Source: Octopus sinensis (taxonomy: Eukaryota). From it: a DNA stretch of 64,000 nucleotides. The notes beneath the pieces were generated by a model. The model saw only the letters and a list, made by a program, of their open reading frames with translations, made no database searches and had not been told where the DNA came from. The translations under genes were made by a program, and so were the position numbers. Shown in pieces: positions 25,939 to 38,607 of this stretch. Numbering within the stretch: position 1 is the first letter of the stretch; each line of letters begins with the position of its first letter. The stretch spans positions 15,376,001-15,440,000 of the forward strand of contig NC_043022.1 in the NCBI RefSeq assembly GCF_006345805.1, in the 5' to 3' direction.

Positions 25939-26513
25939 ACGAGGGGAGGGGCTGGAAAGTTCCTGGCTTTGGGCAAAAGAAAATACAGGAGGATCTGTTA
26001 TGATTTTATTTAACACTAGCAGTATCGCCCGGCGTTGCTTGGGTTTGTAAGGGAAATAACTATGTAAGCATTTTTAGAGAGTTATAGCCAAAAAATGCAT
26101 TAAAAATGGGGAAAAAATGGTAATTTTTTTTTTAAATCGTTGACTCATCGTAGACATTTTTAGAGAGTTACTTCCCTTATATAATAGCGAAAAAATGCAT
26201 TAAAATGGAAAAAAATTATGGTAAATTATTTTTAAAATCGTAGACGCGCGCTAATACCCAGAAGGGCTCGATATGAATCACGACTATAAGATACCCGGTT
26301 TTGGTTAAACTGCACCGCAAAATGTGGGAGTAGTTAGGAATCTAAATCGTAGGAGACAGACACACAACTTGACTTTTATATATAAAGATATTCCCCTCTC
26401 AGATTCACACACTTGTCGCAGCAGTCCTTCAGTTTTTCTAAGCCCTGTAAAAGGCCTCCGACAAGGCCCTTTTGCAGTACCCTTGAGCCAGGAACTTTTC
26501 AGCACCTCCTCGT
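25939..26513. mobile_element. mariner-type MITE interrupted by a Helitron
   Basis: TIR ACGAGGGG.GCTG.AAAGTTCCTGGCT at both ends; uninterrupted relatives at ~28071-28285 and ~35386-35585. Confidence 0.75.
26016..26388 (-). mobile_element. non-autonomous Helitron
   Basis: Minus strand starts TC(TTTATATATAAAAG) and ends with a GC-rich hairpin-like block and CTAG, inserted between A and T. Confidence 0.8.
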
Positions 26514-27369
26514 CTGATTCGTAAATTTTAAACCCCATTTGTGCCCTTTTTTATACCTAAACTGCCCCTAGAACCAGTCCTTAGTCGGCTCTACAGTTTG
26601 TATTGAATTTGGTACTTACATCATCATCATCATCGTTTAACGTCCGCTTTCCATGCTAGTATGGGTTGGACGAATGACTGAGGGCTGGTGAATCAGATGG
26701 CTGCACCAGGCTTCAATCTTGATCTGGCAGAGTTTCTACGGCTGGATGCCCTTCCTAATGCCAACCACTCCGAGAGTGTCACTTCAGTATTCAACCACCA
26801 CTTGATATCTTCATGGTCGTTTTACCTCGCTGTGAATCCTGTGTTATTGAACCTAACCAGTTCTGGCGCCCTACGTGTTGATGTGCCTAGATTCTATTGA
26901 ATTCTATATATTTATATTTATATGTATGAGAGGCTTCTTTCAGTTTTCATCTACTGAATCACCAGATCCACTAGAAGACTTTGGTCAGCCTGGGGCTACA
27001 CCAGAAGACACTTGCTCAAGGTACCATGTGATTGGACAGAACCTGAAACCACGGGGTTGGGAAGCAAGCTTCTTTACCACACAGCCAGACTTGTAAGTGT
27101 GTGTGTTATATCATCATCATTTATCGTCCATCTTCCATGCATGGCAAGGACGGTTAACAGAAGCTGACCAGGTAGAAAAACAACCCCAGGCTACTGTGTC
27201 TGTTTTGGCAGAGATTTTACGGCTGGATGCCCTTCCTAACAGCGACCACCCCACAGAGTGGACTCGGTGCTTTTTACGTGGCACTATTGCAAGCAAGGTT
27301 AGTTTTGGCATGATTTTTACAGCTGGATGCTCTTCCAAATGCCAACCACTTCACAGTGTAGGCTGGATG

Positions 27370-27406
<37 letters not shown>

Positions 27407-27599
27407 TTCAAAATAGAAAATTACCCTTTAACAGGTAATTTCACATGCTAGAAATAGCAGCCAACATTTCGAACTAAATGAAAAATGAAAACCTTTACCT
27501 TGTTATATAACGGTTATACCATGGTTTCAGATTTTTTTAGCAAATAATATCGCTTGCCATCTTTTAATAGATAATTTAGCAAGACCATATATATATATG

Positions 27600-28000
27600 C
27601 TAGCAGTATTGCCCGGCGTTCCTTGGGTTTGTAAGGGAAATAACTATATAAACATTTTTAGAGATGTAAAGTATAATAGCCATCTCAATATGGCTTACCA
27701 CAAATGTGGGGGGGGGTGTTACTGTAGCTTTTTACGTTCTGAGATTTAATAATAATACATTTTTAGAGAGTTACTTTCCTTATATATCCAAAAAATGAAT
27801 TAAAAATGTGAAAAATTGATGGTAAATTATTTTTTAAATCGTAAACTCATCGTAGATGTGCACTAATACCCAGAAGGGCTCGATATGAATCACGACTATA
27901 AGATACCCGCTTTTGGTTAAACTGCACCGCAAAATGTGGGAGTAGTTAGGAATCTAAATCGTAGGAGACAGACACACAACCTCACTTTTATATATAAAGA
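27600..28000 (-). mobile_element. non-autonomous Helitron (same family)
   Basis: Same termini and body as 26016-26388. Confidence 0.8.
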
Positions 28001-28744
28001 TATGAGATTCGGTTGAATTAGGTACTTCAGTTGAAGCACCAAGTCAGTCTGGTATTCACCTATATATATATGTAGGGGTGCTGCAAAGTTCCTGGCTTTT
28101 AGGGTGTTGCAAAAGGCTTGGTTTGAGGCACAACCTTCTGAGTTCTTTTACAAGGCTTAGAAAAACTGAAGGACTGCTGCAATATGTGTGAGTCTGAGAA
28201 GGGAATATGTTGAATAAAATCATAATTAACTGATCCTCCTGTATTTTCTTTTACCCAAAGACAGGAACTTATCAACACCCCTCATATATATATATATTTT
28301 TGTCGAAGAACATAGGCTCAAAACGTAAAAGACTTTTTCTATTCCTGAGCGCTATACTAATACATTTGTTTGTTTGTACTCCACCTGCCTTCGTCTTTTG
28401 TTTATTTTCGTAAACTTTCCCGTTATATATATATATTTATATGTGTTTGCCAGCCTCGTCTGGCACGTAAAAAGCACCGACTACACTCACGGAGTGGTTA
28501 GCATTGGGAAGGGCATCCAGCTGTAGAAACACTGCCAGATCAGACTGGAGCCTGGTGCAGCCTTCTGGCTTCCCAGACCCCAGTTGAACCGTCAACCCAT
28601 GCTAGCATGGAAAACAGGCGTTAAACGATGATGATGATATATGTATATATGCATATACACACACACACGGGTGGTGCTGAAAGATGGAAGTTGACTATAA
28701 AGGTTTTACAGTTCTATATTTAAGAGATGAGAAATTATGTACTT

Positions 28745-29095
28745 TATTTACATTTGACGGATATTTGTCCTCATTGTGTTAACATTGTTGTTAACACAGC
28801 ATTTCGGCTGATATACCCTCCAGCCTTCATCAGGTGTCTTCGGGAAAATTCGAATCTGGATTCTCATTTCTAAGGTTTCTTTTTTTTTTGTGCTGTTGTT
28901 GTTGTTATTATTATTCAGGTCACTGCTTGGAATTGAACTCGGAATCTTGGGGTTAGTAGCCCACACTCTTAACCACTACGCCACATGCCCGTGAGCATGT
29001 GGCGTAGAGGGCACATGAAGGCTTGGAGGGTATATCAGCCGAAACATTGTGTTAACAACAAACAAGATGAGGACAAATATCCGTCAAATGTAAAA
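28745..29095 (-). mobile_element. tRNA-headed element with PLE-type minimal hammerhead motif, plus inverted partial copy
   Basis: Minus strand reads TGGCGTAGTGG...GAGTTCAATTCC head, spacer, then GACAC-CTGATGA-A-GGCTG(10-nt loop)CAGCC-GAAA-TGCT-GTGTT. An inverted copy of the 3' part lies at 29015-29093. Confidence 0.7.
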
Positions 29096-29477
29096 AGGTT
29101 TTGTCTTGTTTAATAAAAAAACTTGAGCTCAAAGATATGGAAACCGTAATCGCCCCCTATTGGCAGTTATTGGAATAAATCAATACTGAAATTGATTTCA
29201 ATCAACTTTATCTACCCTCTTGTAACCTGTTCACCAGAGGAATACTCGGCCGTTCACTCTAGATTCCTATTCTGCCCCCTCTCTCCACCTCTAGCTCTCT
29301 TTCTCCATCAAATATTTTTTCTACCTCTCTCTTTCTCTTCTCTATTCTCCTTTCTATTTGGTTCTGTTCCCTTCTCGCCCCCTCTCTCTCTCTTTCCTTC
29401 CCTCTTTCTCTCTCTCTCCTAACTTCATTCATAATTTCATTCTAAAAGAAAAAAAATTTTGATTAATAATAATAATA

Positions 29478-29822
29478 GGCGCAGGCATGGCTCCGTGGTA
29501 AGTAGTATACTTACCAACCACACGGTTCTGGGTTCAGTCCCACTGTGTGGCACCTTGGCCAAGTGTATTCTACTATAGCCTCGGGCCAACCAAAGCCATG
29601 TGAGTGGATTTGGTAGATGGAAACTGAAAGAAGCCCGTTGTATATATGTATATATATATAGGCGCAGGAGTGGCTGTGTGGTAAATAGCTTGCTTCCAAC
29701 CACACGGTTCTGGGATCAGTCCCACTGCGTGGCACCTTGGGCAAGTGTATTCTACTATAGGCTCGGGCTAACCAAAGCCATGTGAGTGGATTTGGTAGAT
29801 GGAAACTGAAAGAAGCCCATTG

Positions 29823-29863
<41 letters not shown>

Positions 29864-30065
29864 CTGTTTGTCCCCACCACGACCACCTTCGCTTGACAAC
29901 CAATGTCTGTGTATTTATGTTCCCGTAACTTAGCGGTTTGGCAAAAGAGACCCACAAAATAAGTAGTAGGCTTACAAAGACGAAGTCCAGGAGTCGATTT
30001 GCTCGTCGAAAGGCGTTGCTCCAGCATGGTCGCAGTCAAATGACTGAAACAGCAAAAAGAAAAAG
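29478..30065 (+). mobile_element. SINE family A copy with duplicated 5' half
   Basis: Two heads (29478 and ~29661) followed by one tail. Confidence 0.8.
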
Positions 30066-30460
30066 AAAAGAAGGGAAGCAACTCTTTAGTCCTGAACATT
30101 CTCCCCCGTTGCAGCCTGTCTGCAGTTTATTTCAGTGTAATTTTTCGATTTTTTTATTTCTCTTGTTTTCTTCCAGCCTTTTGGCTATCAGTAGCCGTAA
30201 AATTAAAAATATTGTAATATATGTAAAATAATATTTAGTAATATTATTTTACATATATTACAAAATTTTTATTAAAGGGTTTTTGGAAATATGTGAATAG
30301 AAGAAATTACGTTTTCCATTTGGTCTCTCGAGGTTTGTGTTGAGTTATTTCCCTTGAGTTGCCGAACCGTATTCTATCACTTTTCTCTAAACCGGTACCG
30401 TGGCCCCATGGATTGAGTTCCAAATGCAATTTTGGAATATTTTATTCTTTCATTCATATA

Positions 30461-31080
30461 GGCGCCGGCGGCGTAGCTGTGTGGTAAGAAGCTTGCTTCC
30501 GAATCACATGGTTCCGAGATCAATCCTACTGCGTGGCACCTTGGGCATGTGTCTTCTATTGCAGCCTTCGACTGACCAAAGCCTTGTGAATGGATTTGGT
30601 AGGTGGAAACTAAAAGAAGCCCATCGTGTGTGATTGTGTCCCTGTGATGACTTAGCGGTTGGGTGGAAGTGACAGATAGAATAAGAACTAGGCTTTAAAA
30701 AAAGGGGCTGTGGCCGATTAGTTCGACTAAAATTTTTCAAGGTGGTGCCCCAGCATGACCACAGTCCCTTGACTGAAACAAGGAAAAGAGTGTGTGTGTG
30801 TGGGGGGGGGGTTGTGCCTGTGTTTGTCTCCCACCATCGCTTGACAACTTGTGTCCCTGGGGGCAGGGGGGGATTTGTTCGATTGATGGCGATGCTCCAG
30901 CATGGCCACAGTCAAATGACTGAAACAAGTAAAAGAGTGTGTGTGTGGGGTGCCTGTGTTTGTCTCCCACCATTGCTTGACAACCAGTGTCCCTGGGGGC
31001 AGGGGGGGATTTGTTCGATTGATGGCGATGCTCCAGCATGGCCACAGTCAAATGACTGAAACAAGTAAAAGAGTAAAAGT
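30461..31080 (+). mobile_element. diverged SINE family A copy plus tandemly duplicated tail fragments
   Basis: Head at 30461; tail block repeated at ~30815-30935 and ~30950-31075. Confidence 0.65.
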
Positions 31081-31526
31081 ATGCTACACACGAGCGCCCG
31101 CCCGTTTCTGTCTGGGTCTTCCATGCTAGAATGGGTCGGAAGGGTTTCAGTGGAGTGGCCATCTGGTATAAACAACAGCAGTAGTAGTGTAACTGGCCAT
31201 TGTTTGTTGTGTGTCTGCAGCTGTGAAAGAGAGAGAGAGAGTGATAAGAGTGCACACACACACACACACACACACCTGTCTAAATGTCTGTAGGGGCTCC
31301 TGTCAACAGGTGCAATTTCTTTGATATTGATAAAACATAAAGACAAACTTGCTGGACTGGTTCACTGTAAGAGGAGCACATTGTCTTTAGCTAGTATTCA
31401 CATGTTGTGTGTCTGAATTGGAACAAGGCCACAAATCCAAGTGTGTGTTGATGGGGGGTGGGGGTGATGATGAAGTTTATCAATTTAATTAGCCCCCTTC
31501 CCCCACCTCCTCAATACTAGTCTCTT

Positions 31527-31941
31527 ATTTCTTTATTGCCCACAAGGGGCTAAACATAGAGGGGACAAACAAGGACAGACAAACGGATTAAGTCGAATAC
31601 ATCAACCCCAGTGCGTAACTGGTACTTAATTTATCGACCCCCAAAGGATGAAAGGCAAAGTCGACCTTGGCGGAATTTGAACTCAGAACGTAAAGACAGA
31701 TAAAATGCCTATTTCTTTATTGCCCACAAGGGGCTAAACATAGAGGGGACAAACAAGGACAGACAAACGGATTAAGTCGAATACATCAACCCTAGTGCGT
31801 AACTGGTACTTAATTTATCGACCCCCAAAGGATGAAAGGCAAAGTCGACCTCAGCGGAATTTGAACTCAGAACGTAGCGACAAATGAAAAACCACCAAGC
31901 ATTTCGCCTGGCATGCTAATGTTTCTGCCAGCTTGCCACCT
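31527..31941 (-). mobile_element. SINE family C: head plus 2 body units
   Basis: Same unit and junction as 33414-34187. Confidence 0.8.
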
Positions 31942-32337
31942 TCTTACCATAGAATTAGTTTTCAACCAGCAATAACCATGCCTTGGGACCACCTCTGCGC
32001 ATACAATTAAACACTGTGGAGAGGTTGCGGGTTACCCTTTCCACAAAATCCATTTTTACTTCCAGCATTCTTCAGGCAGCGTCTTCAGTCTGAGAATCAC
32101 TCTCCGTGAATTACCCTTCCTTTCAAAAGTCTTGACGGCCCTGTTGAAGAGCGTGTGTGCTGTGCTTCCACCAAAGTTTTAAAGAGAAATCTTGCCACAC
32201 AGGTTCTTGGGATTTCTTCATAAACCTAAAAAACATGACCTGCAAAGAAAGAAAAATGGTTCCAGCTAAATTGCTTTCACCATTTAACATTTAAACTGGC
32301 CCAAGTATTCTCTGTTTTATATTCAAGCTGACCATAT

Positions 32338-32712
32338 GGCGCAGAAGTGGCTGTGTGGTAAGTAGCTTGCTAACCAACCACATAGTTCCAGGTTCAGTCC
32401 CACTGCGTGGCATCTTGGGCAAGTGTCTTCTACTATAGTCCCGGGCCGACCAATGGATTTGGTAGACGGAAACTGAAAGAAGCCTGTCGTATATATGTAT
32501 ATATATATGTATGTGTGTGTGCATGTTTGTGTTTGTCCCCCTAGCATTGCTTGACAACCGATGCTGGTGTGTTTACGTCCCCGTCACTTAGCGGTTCGGC
32601 AAAAGAGACCGATAGAATAAGTACTGGGCTTACAAAGTCCCGGGGTCGATTTGCTCGACTAAAGGTGGTGCTCCAGCATGGCCGCAGTCAAATGACTGAA
32701 ACAAGTAAAAGA
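32338..32712 (+). mobile_element. SINE family A copy
   Basis: Family A consensus; a further diverged copy lies at ~32825-33165. Confidence 0.8.
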
Positions 32713-33413
32713 GAGAGTAAAGAGTATATCCAACCTCTCACACCTACCCCACAATGTCATTCTAAAAATGAACACTCACATCAGTGAAATCTTGGAGCTG
32801 CAAGATAATGCATGAGGAATTTTAAGGCGTGGCTGTGTGGTAAGACGTCTGCTTCCCAACCGCATGATTCTTGGTTCAGTCCCATTGCGTGGCCCCTTGG
32901 GCAAGTGTCTTCTACTATAGCATTGGGTGAACCAAAGCCTTGTGAGTGGATTTGGTAGATGGAAACAGAAAGAAACCTGTTGTGTGTGTGTCTATGTTTG
33001 CCCCACCCCCTCACTGCTTCCCAACTGATATTTGTGTGTTTATATCCCTGTAACTTAGTGGTTCAGCAAAGGAGACTGATAGAATAAGTACTAGGGCTTA
33101 AAAAACAAATCGTGGGGTCAGTTTGACTAAAACCCTTCAAGGAGGTGCTCCAGCATGGCTGAGTGAAAAAGTATTATGTGGGATAAACTTATTTGAATGC
33201 TAAAGGGTAAAATCTTTTTTCCAAACTTTCCTTAAAACTGATAAATATTTTGTTGCTATGATACACAAACTAGAAAAGTCATTGAACCATCCTCATCATC
33301 GTTTAAGGTCCACCTTCCATGCATGCATGGGTCGGGCGATTGACAAGGGCTTGTTAATACTCCAGGCTGGCTGTAACTGCTTAGAACATTCCAGTCATAC
33401 GAACCACCATTAT

Positions 33414-34187
33414 CTATTTCTTTACCACCCACAAGGGGCTAAACACTGAGAGGACAAACAAGGACAGACAAATGGATTAAGTCGATTACATCGACCCCAG
33501 TGCGTAACTGGTACTTATTTAATCGACCCCGAAAGGATGAAAGGCAAAGTCGACCTCGGCGGAATTTGAACTCAGAGCGTAACGGCAGACGAAATACCTA
33601 TTTCTTTACTGCTCACAAGGGGCTAAACACAGAGGGGACAAACAAATGGATTAAGTCGATTATATTGACCCCAGTGCGTAACTGGTACTTATTTAATCGA
33701 CCCCGAAAGGATGAAAGGCAAAGTCGACCTCGGCGGAATTTGAACTCAGAACGTAGCGGCAGACGAAATACCTATTTCTTTACTACCCACAAGGGGCTAA
33801 ACACAGAGGGGACAAACAAGGACAGACAAATGGATTAAGTCGATTATATCGACCCCAGTGCGTAACTGGTACTTATTTAATCGACCCCGAAAGGATGAAT
33901 GGCAAAGTCGACCTCGGCGGAATTTGAACTCAGAACGTAGCGGCAGACGAAATACCTATTTCTTTACTACCCACAAGGGGCTAAACACAGAGGGGACAAA
34001 CAAGGACAGACAAATGGATTAAGTCGATTATATCGACCCCAGTGCGTAACTGGTACTTATTTAATCGACCCCGAAAGGATGAAAGGCAAAGTCGACCTCG
34101 GCGGAATTTGAACTCAGAACGTAACGGCAGACGAAATAACGCTAAGCATTTCGCCCGGCGTGCTAACATTTCTGCCAGCGAACCACC
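33414..34187 (-). mobile_element. SINE family C (Meta-domain-like core): one head plus 4 tandem ~184-bp body units
   Basis: Units start at ~33414, 33598, 33772 and 33956; head at 34140-34187. Core GAGGTCGACTTTGCCTTTCATCCTTTCGGGGTCG. Confidence 0.85.
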
Positions 34188-34304
34188 ATCATCGCATTGT
34201 TGTTAGTGGTTCCTGTGATAGCGATAAAGTTTTGATAAATAACAAGAATCAGGTTCCCTTTTAGGTGACGTCTGAAAAAACATGACATAGAAACGGATCT
34301 GTTA

Positions 34305-34690
34305 GGCGCAGGAGTGGCTGTGTGGTAAGTAGCTTGCTAACCAACCACATGGTTCCGGGTTCAGTCCCACTGCATGGCACCTTGGGCAAGTGTCTTCTGC
34401 TATAGCCCCGGGTCGACCAAAGCCTTGTGAGTGGATTTGGTGGACGGAAACTGAAAGAAGCCTGTCGTATATATGTATGTGTTTGTGTGTCTGTGTTTGT
34501 CCCCCTAGCATTGCTTGACAACCGATGCTGGTGTGTTTATGTCCCCGTTACTTAGCGGTTCGGCAAAAGAGACCGATAGAATAAGTACTGGGCTTACAAA
34601 GAGTAAGTCCCGGGATCGATTTGCTCGACTAAAAGGCGGTGCTCCAGCATGGTCGCAGTCAAATGACTGAAACAAGTAAAAGAGTAAGAG
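34305..34690 (+). mobile_element. SINE family A copy
   Basis: Full-length consensus-like copy. Confidence 0.85.
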
Positions 34691-34952
34691 TGTTTTTTCA
34701 CTTAATTTCTAAGAATATAGTAAGTAAAAATCAAACATTTGTAATGACATCATCTTCACATGACCAATATTTTTAAAGATAATTGTTGTTGCAAAAGCCA
34801 ACCTGTACACAGGTGCTTTTGTAATCTAGCAGTTGTCTTATACTAAAGATATAAGATAAATTCATGAAATTCTTTACAGATTTTGACCTCATCTTATCTA
34901 AAGGTCGTCTTACACACGGAAATATACGGTATATACACCCACATAGTATATA

Positions 34953-35370
34953 CGGTGAGCTGGTAGAAATGTTAGCACGCTGGGCAAAATGCTTTGCGGT
35001 ATTTCGTCTGCTGTTACATTGTGAGTTCAAATTCCGCCGAGGTCAACTTTGCCTTTCATCCTTTCGGGGTCGATGAATTAAGTACCAGTTACGCACTGGG
35101 GTCGATGTAATCGACTTAATACCTATGTCTGTCCTTGTTTGTCCCCTCTATGTTTAGCCCCTTGTGGGTAATAAAGAAATAGGTATTTCGTCTGCCGTTA
35201 CATCGTGAGTTCAAATTCCACCGAGGTCGACTTTGCCTTTCATCCTTTCGGGGGCAATAAATTAAGTACCAGTTACGCACTGGGGTCCATGTAATCGACT
35301 TAATCCGTTTGTCTGTCCTTGTTTGTCCCCTCTGTGTTTAGCCCCTTGTGGGTAGTAAAGAAATAGGTAT
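34953..35370 (+). mobile_element. SINE family C: head plus 2 body units
   Basis: Junction GAAATAG|GTATTTCG at ~35182. Monomeric or partial relatives at ~24650-24850, 36060-36240, 36676-36828 and 52230-52404. Confidence 0.8.
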
Positions 35371-37560
35371 ATATGTGCACACACACGAGGGAGTGTTGAA
35401 AAGTTCCTGGTTTTAAGGGTATCACAACAAAAGTACTGGTTGGAGGCCCAAACTTCTGGGTTCTTTGAAAGGGCTCAGAAAAACTGAAGGACCGCTGCAA
35501 TAAGTATGTGAATATTTGGAATAAAATCCTAATTAACTGATCCTCCTGTATTTTCTTTTACCCAAACAAAGCCAGCACCCCATCCACCCGTCTTGTATTA
35601 TATAATATAATGTAATCTAATGTAATATAAAAGAGGCCACGTTGTATTTAGCGCCCGGGAAACGTGGGTTGTTGAAAAATACAAGAAGTTTATTGTAAGC
35701 CAGATTAAATAAACTGACATTTACTACATCGTAATGGGTGGATTGTGGCTGTTTGATAATAACTGCTTCGTGTGCAGGCATGAAACTCTGGGGATTAGAA
35801 GGAATATTTCGTAGTGTGTGGCCCTCTGGTAAAAGGGTTCAGTCCTAATTTGTGACATGTCGCATGGACAAGTGGCTTCTGTCATCGTCACAGCTGGTTC
35901 TTTGATGGTGTGGGAGTGGAATTTTTATAGTTAGATACCACAGATATGTGCGACATATAAGTATGTGATTGTATGTGTATATAAAATGTGTGTTTATGTT
36001 TTCCAGTTTCAGCTCTTGAGCTGTGGCCATGCTGGGGCACCGCCATTTAATAATAATGGAATAAGAATAATGGTTTGGAGTTTTGGCACAAAGCCATTGG
36101 GTTGGGGGGTGGGTTATTGTTGATTACATTGACCTCAGTACTCAACTGGTACTTATTTTATTGACCCCAGAAGGATGAGAGGCAAAGTCAACCTCAGTGA
36201 GATTTGAACTCAGAATGTAAAGATAAATAAAATGCTGCTAGTCATTGTAGTCGTGGCCGATGCCAATGTCACACGACTGGCCCCCGCTTTAAAAAAAAGC
36301 ACCCTTCAATTGTTGGGCAATATGCTGTGCTTGTGAAGACCTGTTGAACCTGTTGAAATTGTAGTCGTGGCTGACGACAGAGCTGCCTTACTGGCGGCAC
36401 ATAGAAATGGCATCGACCATTTGAGCATGGTCAATGCCAGTTCTGCCCGACTGGCTCCCATGTCAGTGGCACGTAAAAAGCACCCACTAGGCTCCCGGAG
36501 TGGTTGGCGTTAGGAAGGGCATCCAGCTGTAGAAACCTTGCCAGATCAAGATTGGAGCCTGGTGCAGCCTCCCGGCTTGCCAGTCCTCAGTCTAACTATC
36601 CAACCCATGCCAGCTTGGAAAGCAGACATTAAACAACGATGATGATATGTATGTGTGTATATATATATATATATATTTCTTTACTACCCACAAGGGGCTA
36701 AACATAGAGGGGACAAACAAGGACAAACAAAGGGATTAAGTCGATTACATCAACCTAGTGCGAAACTGGTACTTTATTTATCGACCCCGAGAGGATGAAA
36801 GGGGAATTTGAACTCAGAACGTAACGACAATATATATATATATATATATATATAATGTACATACATACATATACATATGTTATTAGTATTGTTTTTTTAA
36901 TTGTATTTTTGTATTTATATTCGTGTAAAATCGTCTGTTTTTCCATCCTTGTTTTTGTATACATTTGATGCTTTTTTCCAAGGAATCTAATGCTCTTAGC
37001 TTAGTTTTTCCTTGGGGCTGGCCAGATTAGAGCAATCTCAAGATTAATCAGCCGAAATTGTGAGGATGATCCGGTTCTTGACTGAAGATAAAAGGCTTCA
37101 AATGACCCATCCTTGTTTTCTTTGTATCGTCTATCTGGATGTTTTGTTGTCCCCTTTTGTATCACCTAGTTGTCCGGATGATTTGCATTCTTGTCCCATT
37201 TTGTATTTTATTTTATTTATATACATATATATATACACACACACACACACAGACCTATGTCTACTTGTGTAAATTTGTCTGCCTATCTGTTTACTTATGT
37301 CTGTCTCACCGAGGCATCTCTCCTCAATAAATAATATCGACCACCGTCACCATGACAATCAAGCTCCATTGTCTCGCATTTACGCAACACTTTGCCCAAA
37401 TACCTTTTGACCCACCCTGACCCCACCCTTTTTTTTTTACCAGCTGTTTTGGATTTTGTCGTTAAACACACATGCATGCACATGAAACCACATGCACACA
37501 CACACGAATATATATATATATATATATATAATTATATAAAGATACATAATGCAAACATAC

Positions 37561-37614
<54 letters not shown>

Positions 37615-38103
37615 ATAATGCAAACTTACATACATATATATATATATACATAATGCATACACACACATATACACATGTATACATACATATATATATATGC
37701 ATACATAATGCATACACACACAAGCGTACCTTAATAATACATTCATACACACACAGTATTTTATTGCTGTCAATGTTATCAAAGTCAGTTTCACTAATCC
37801 TGGGATTAGCAGAATCCACTTTCGCGGAATTCAGGAAACAACATGTTTTTCTTGTTTTTCTATAATATTGATAATAATAATAATAATAATAATGTCGTAC
37901 ATTGGTGCAAAGACCCAGGTATTTCTGAGGACAGGGGTTAGTGTTAATTCCTTGGATTAGCCTTTGTATATAAACTATTGTTGCCCACCTTTTGTTGTTA
38001 ACTCCAAATATGCCATTTCCCACAGACCTGTGAACAAAAGTGTTCCAGGTATACTCACGCAACTCCTGGTGCTTTTATTGTTTTTTTTTCTCTCTTTGTG
38101 TTT

Positions 38104-38486
38104 ATACTCTTTTACTTGTTTCAGTCATTTGACTGTGGCCATGCTGGAGCACCGCCTTTAGTCAAGCAAATTGACCCCAGGACTTATTCTTTGTAAGCCT
38201 AGTACTTATTCTATCCTGTCTCTTTTGCCGAACTGCTAAGTTAAGGGGACGTAAGCAATGTTGGGGGGACAAACACAGACACACAAATATATACACACAC
38301 GTACACATACATTTATATACATTTATATATATATATATGTATGTGTGTGTATATATATATATACATACACACACACATATATACGACAGGCTTCTTTCAG
38401 TTTCTGTCTACCAAATCCACTCACAAGGCTTTAGTCAGCCCGAGGCTATTGTAGAAGATCCTTGCCCAAGGTGCCACGCAGTGGGA
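38104..38486 (-). mobile_element. SINE family A copy (5'-truncated)
   Basis: Tail and body present, head partial. Confidence 0.8.
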
Positions 38487-38607
38487 ATTGTCTCAAAGCT
38501 TTGAGATTTCAATGTTGTTAATTTTAGCATGACATTGTAGGGTGGGTGGGAGAGGCCGGATCTTGATAATTTGAGCATAAGCACAGGTAAAGTATTTTGA
38601 CTTTGTT

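Noticed and set aside
31950-32260. Minus-strand exon-like segment after a TTTGCAG acceptor
   Set aside because: All frames hit stops quickly and no family is recognisable; probably a decayed repeat.
33414-34187. CRISPR-like or satellite array
   Set aside because: No unique spacers; the units are SINE bodies found elsewhere as monomers, and the context is eukaryotic.
37000-37110. Hammerhead in the CAGCCGAAA...CTGAAGA repeat (also 54200-54260)
   Set aside because: Core pieces are present, but helices I and III could not be built in any permutation.
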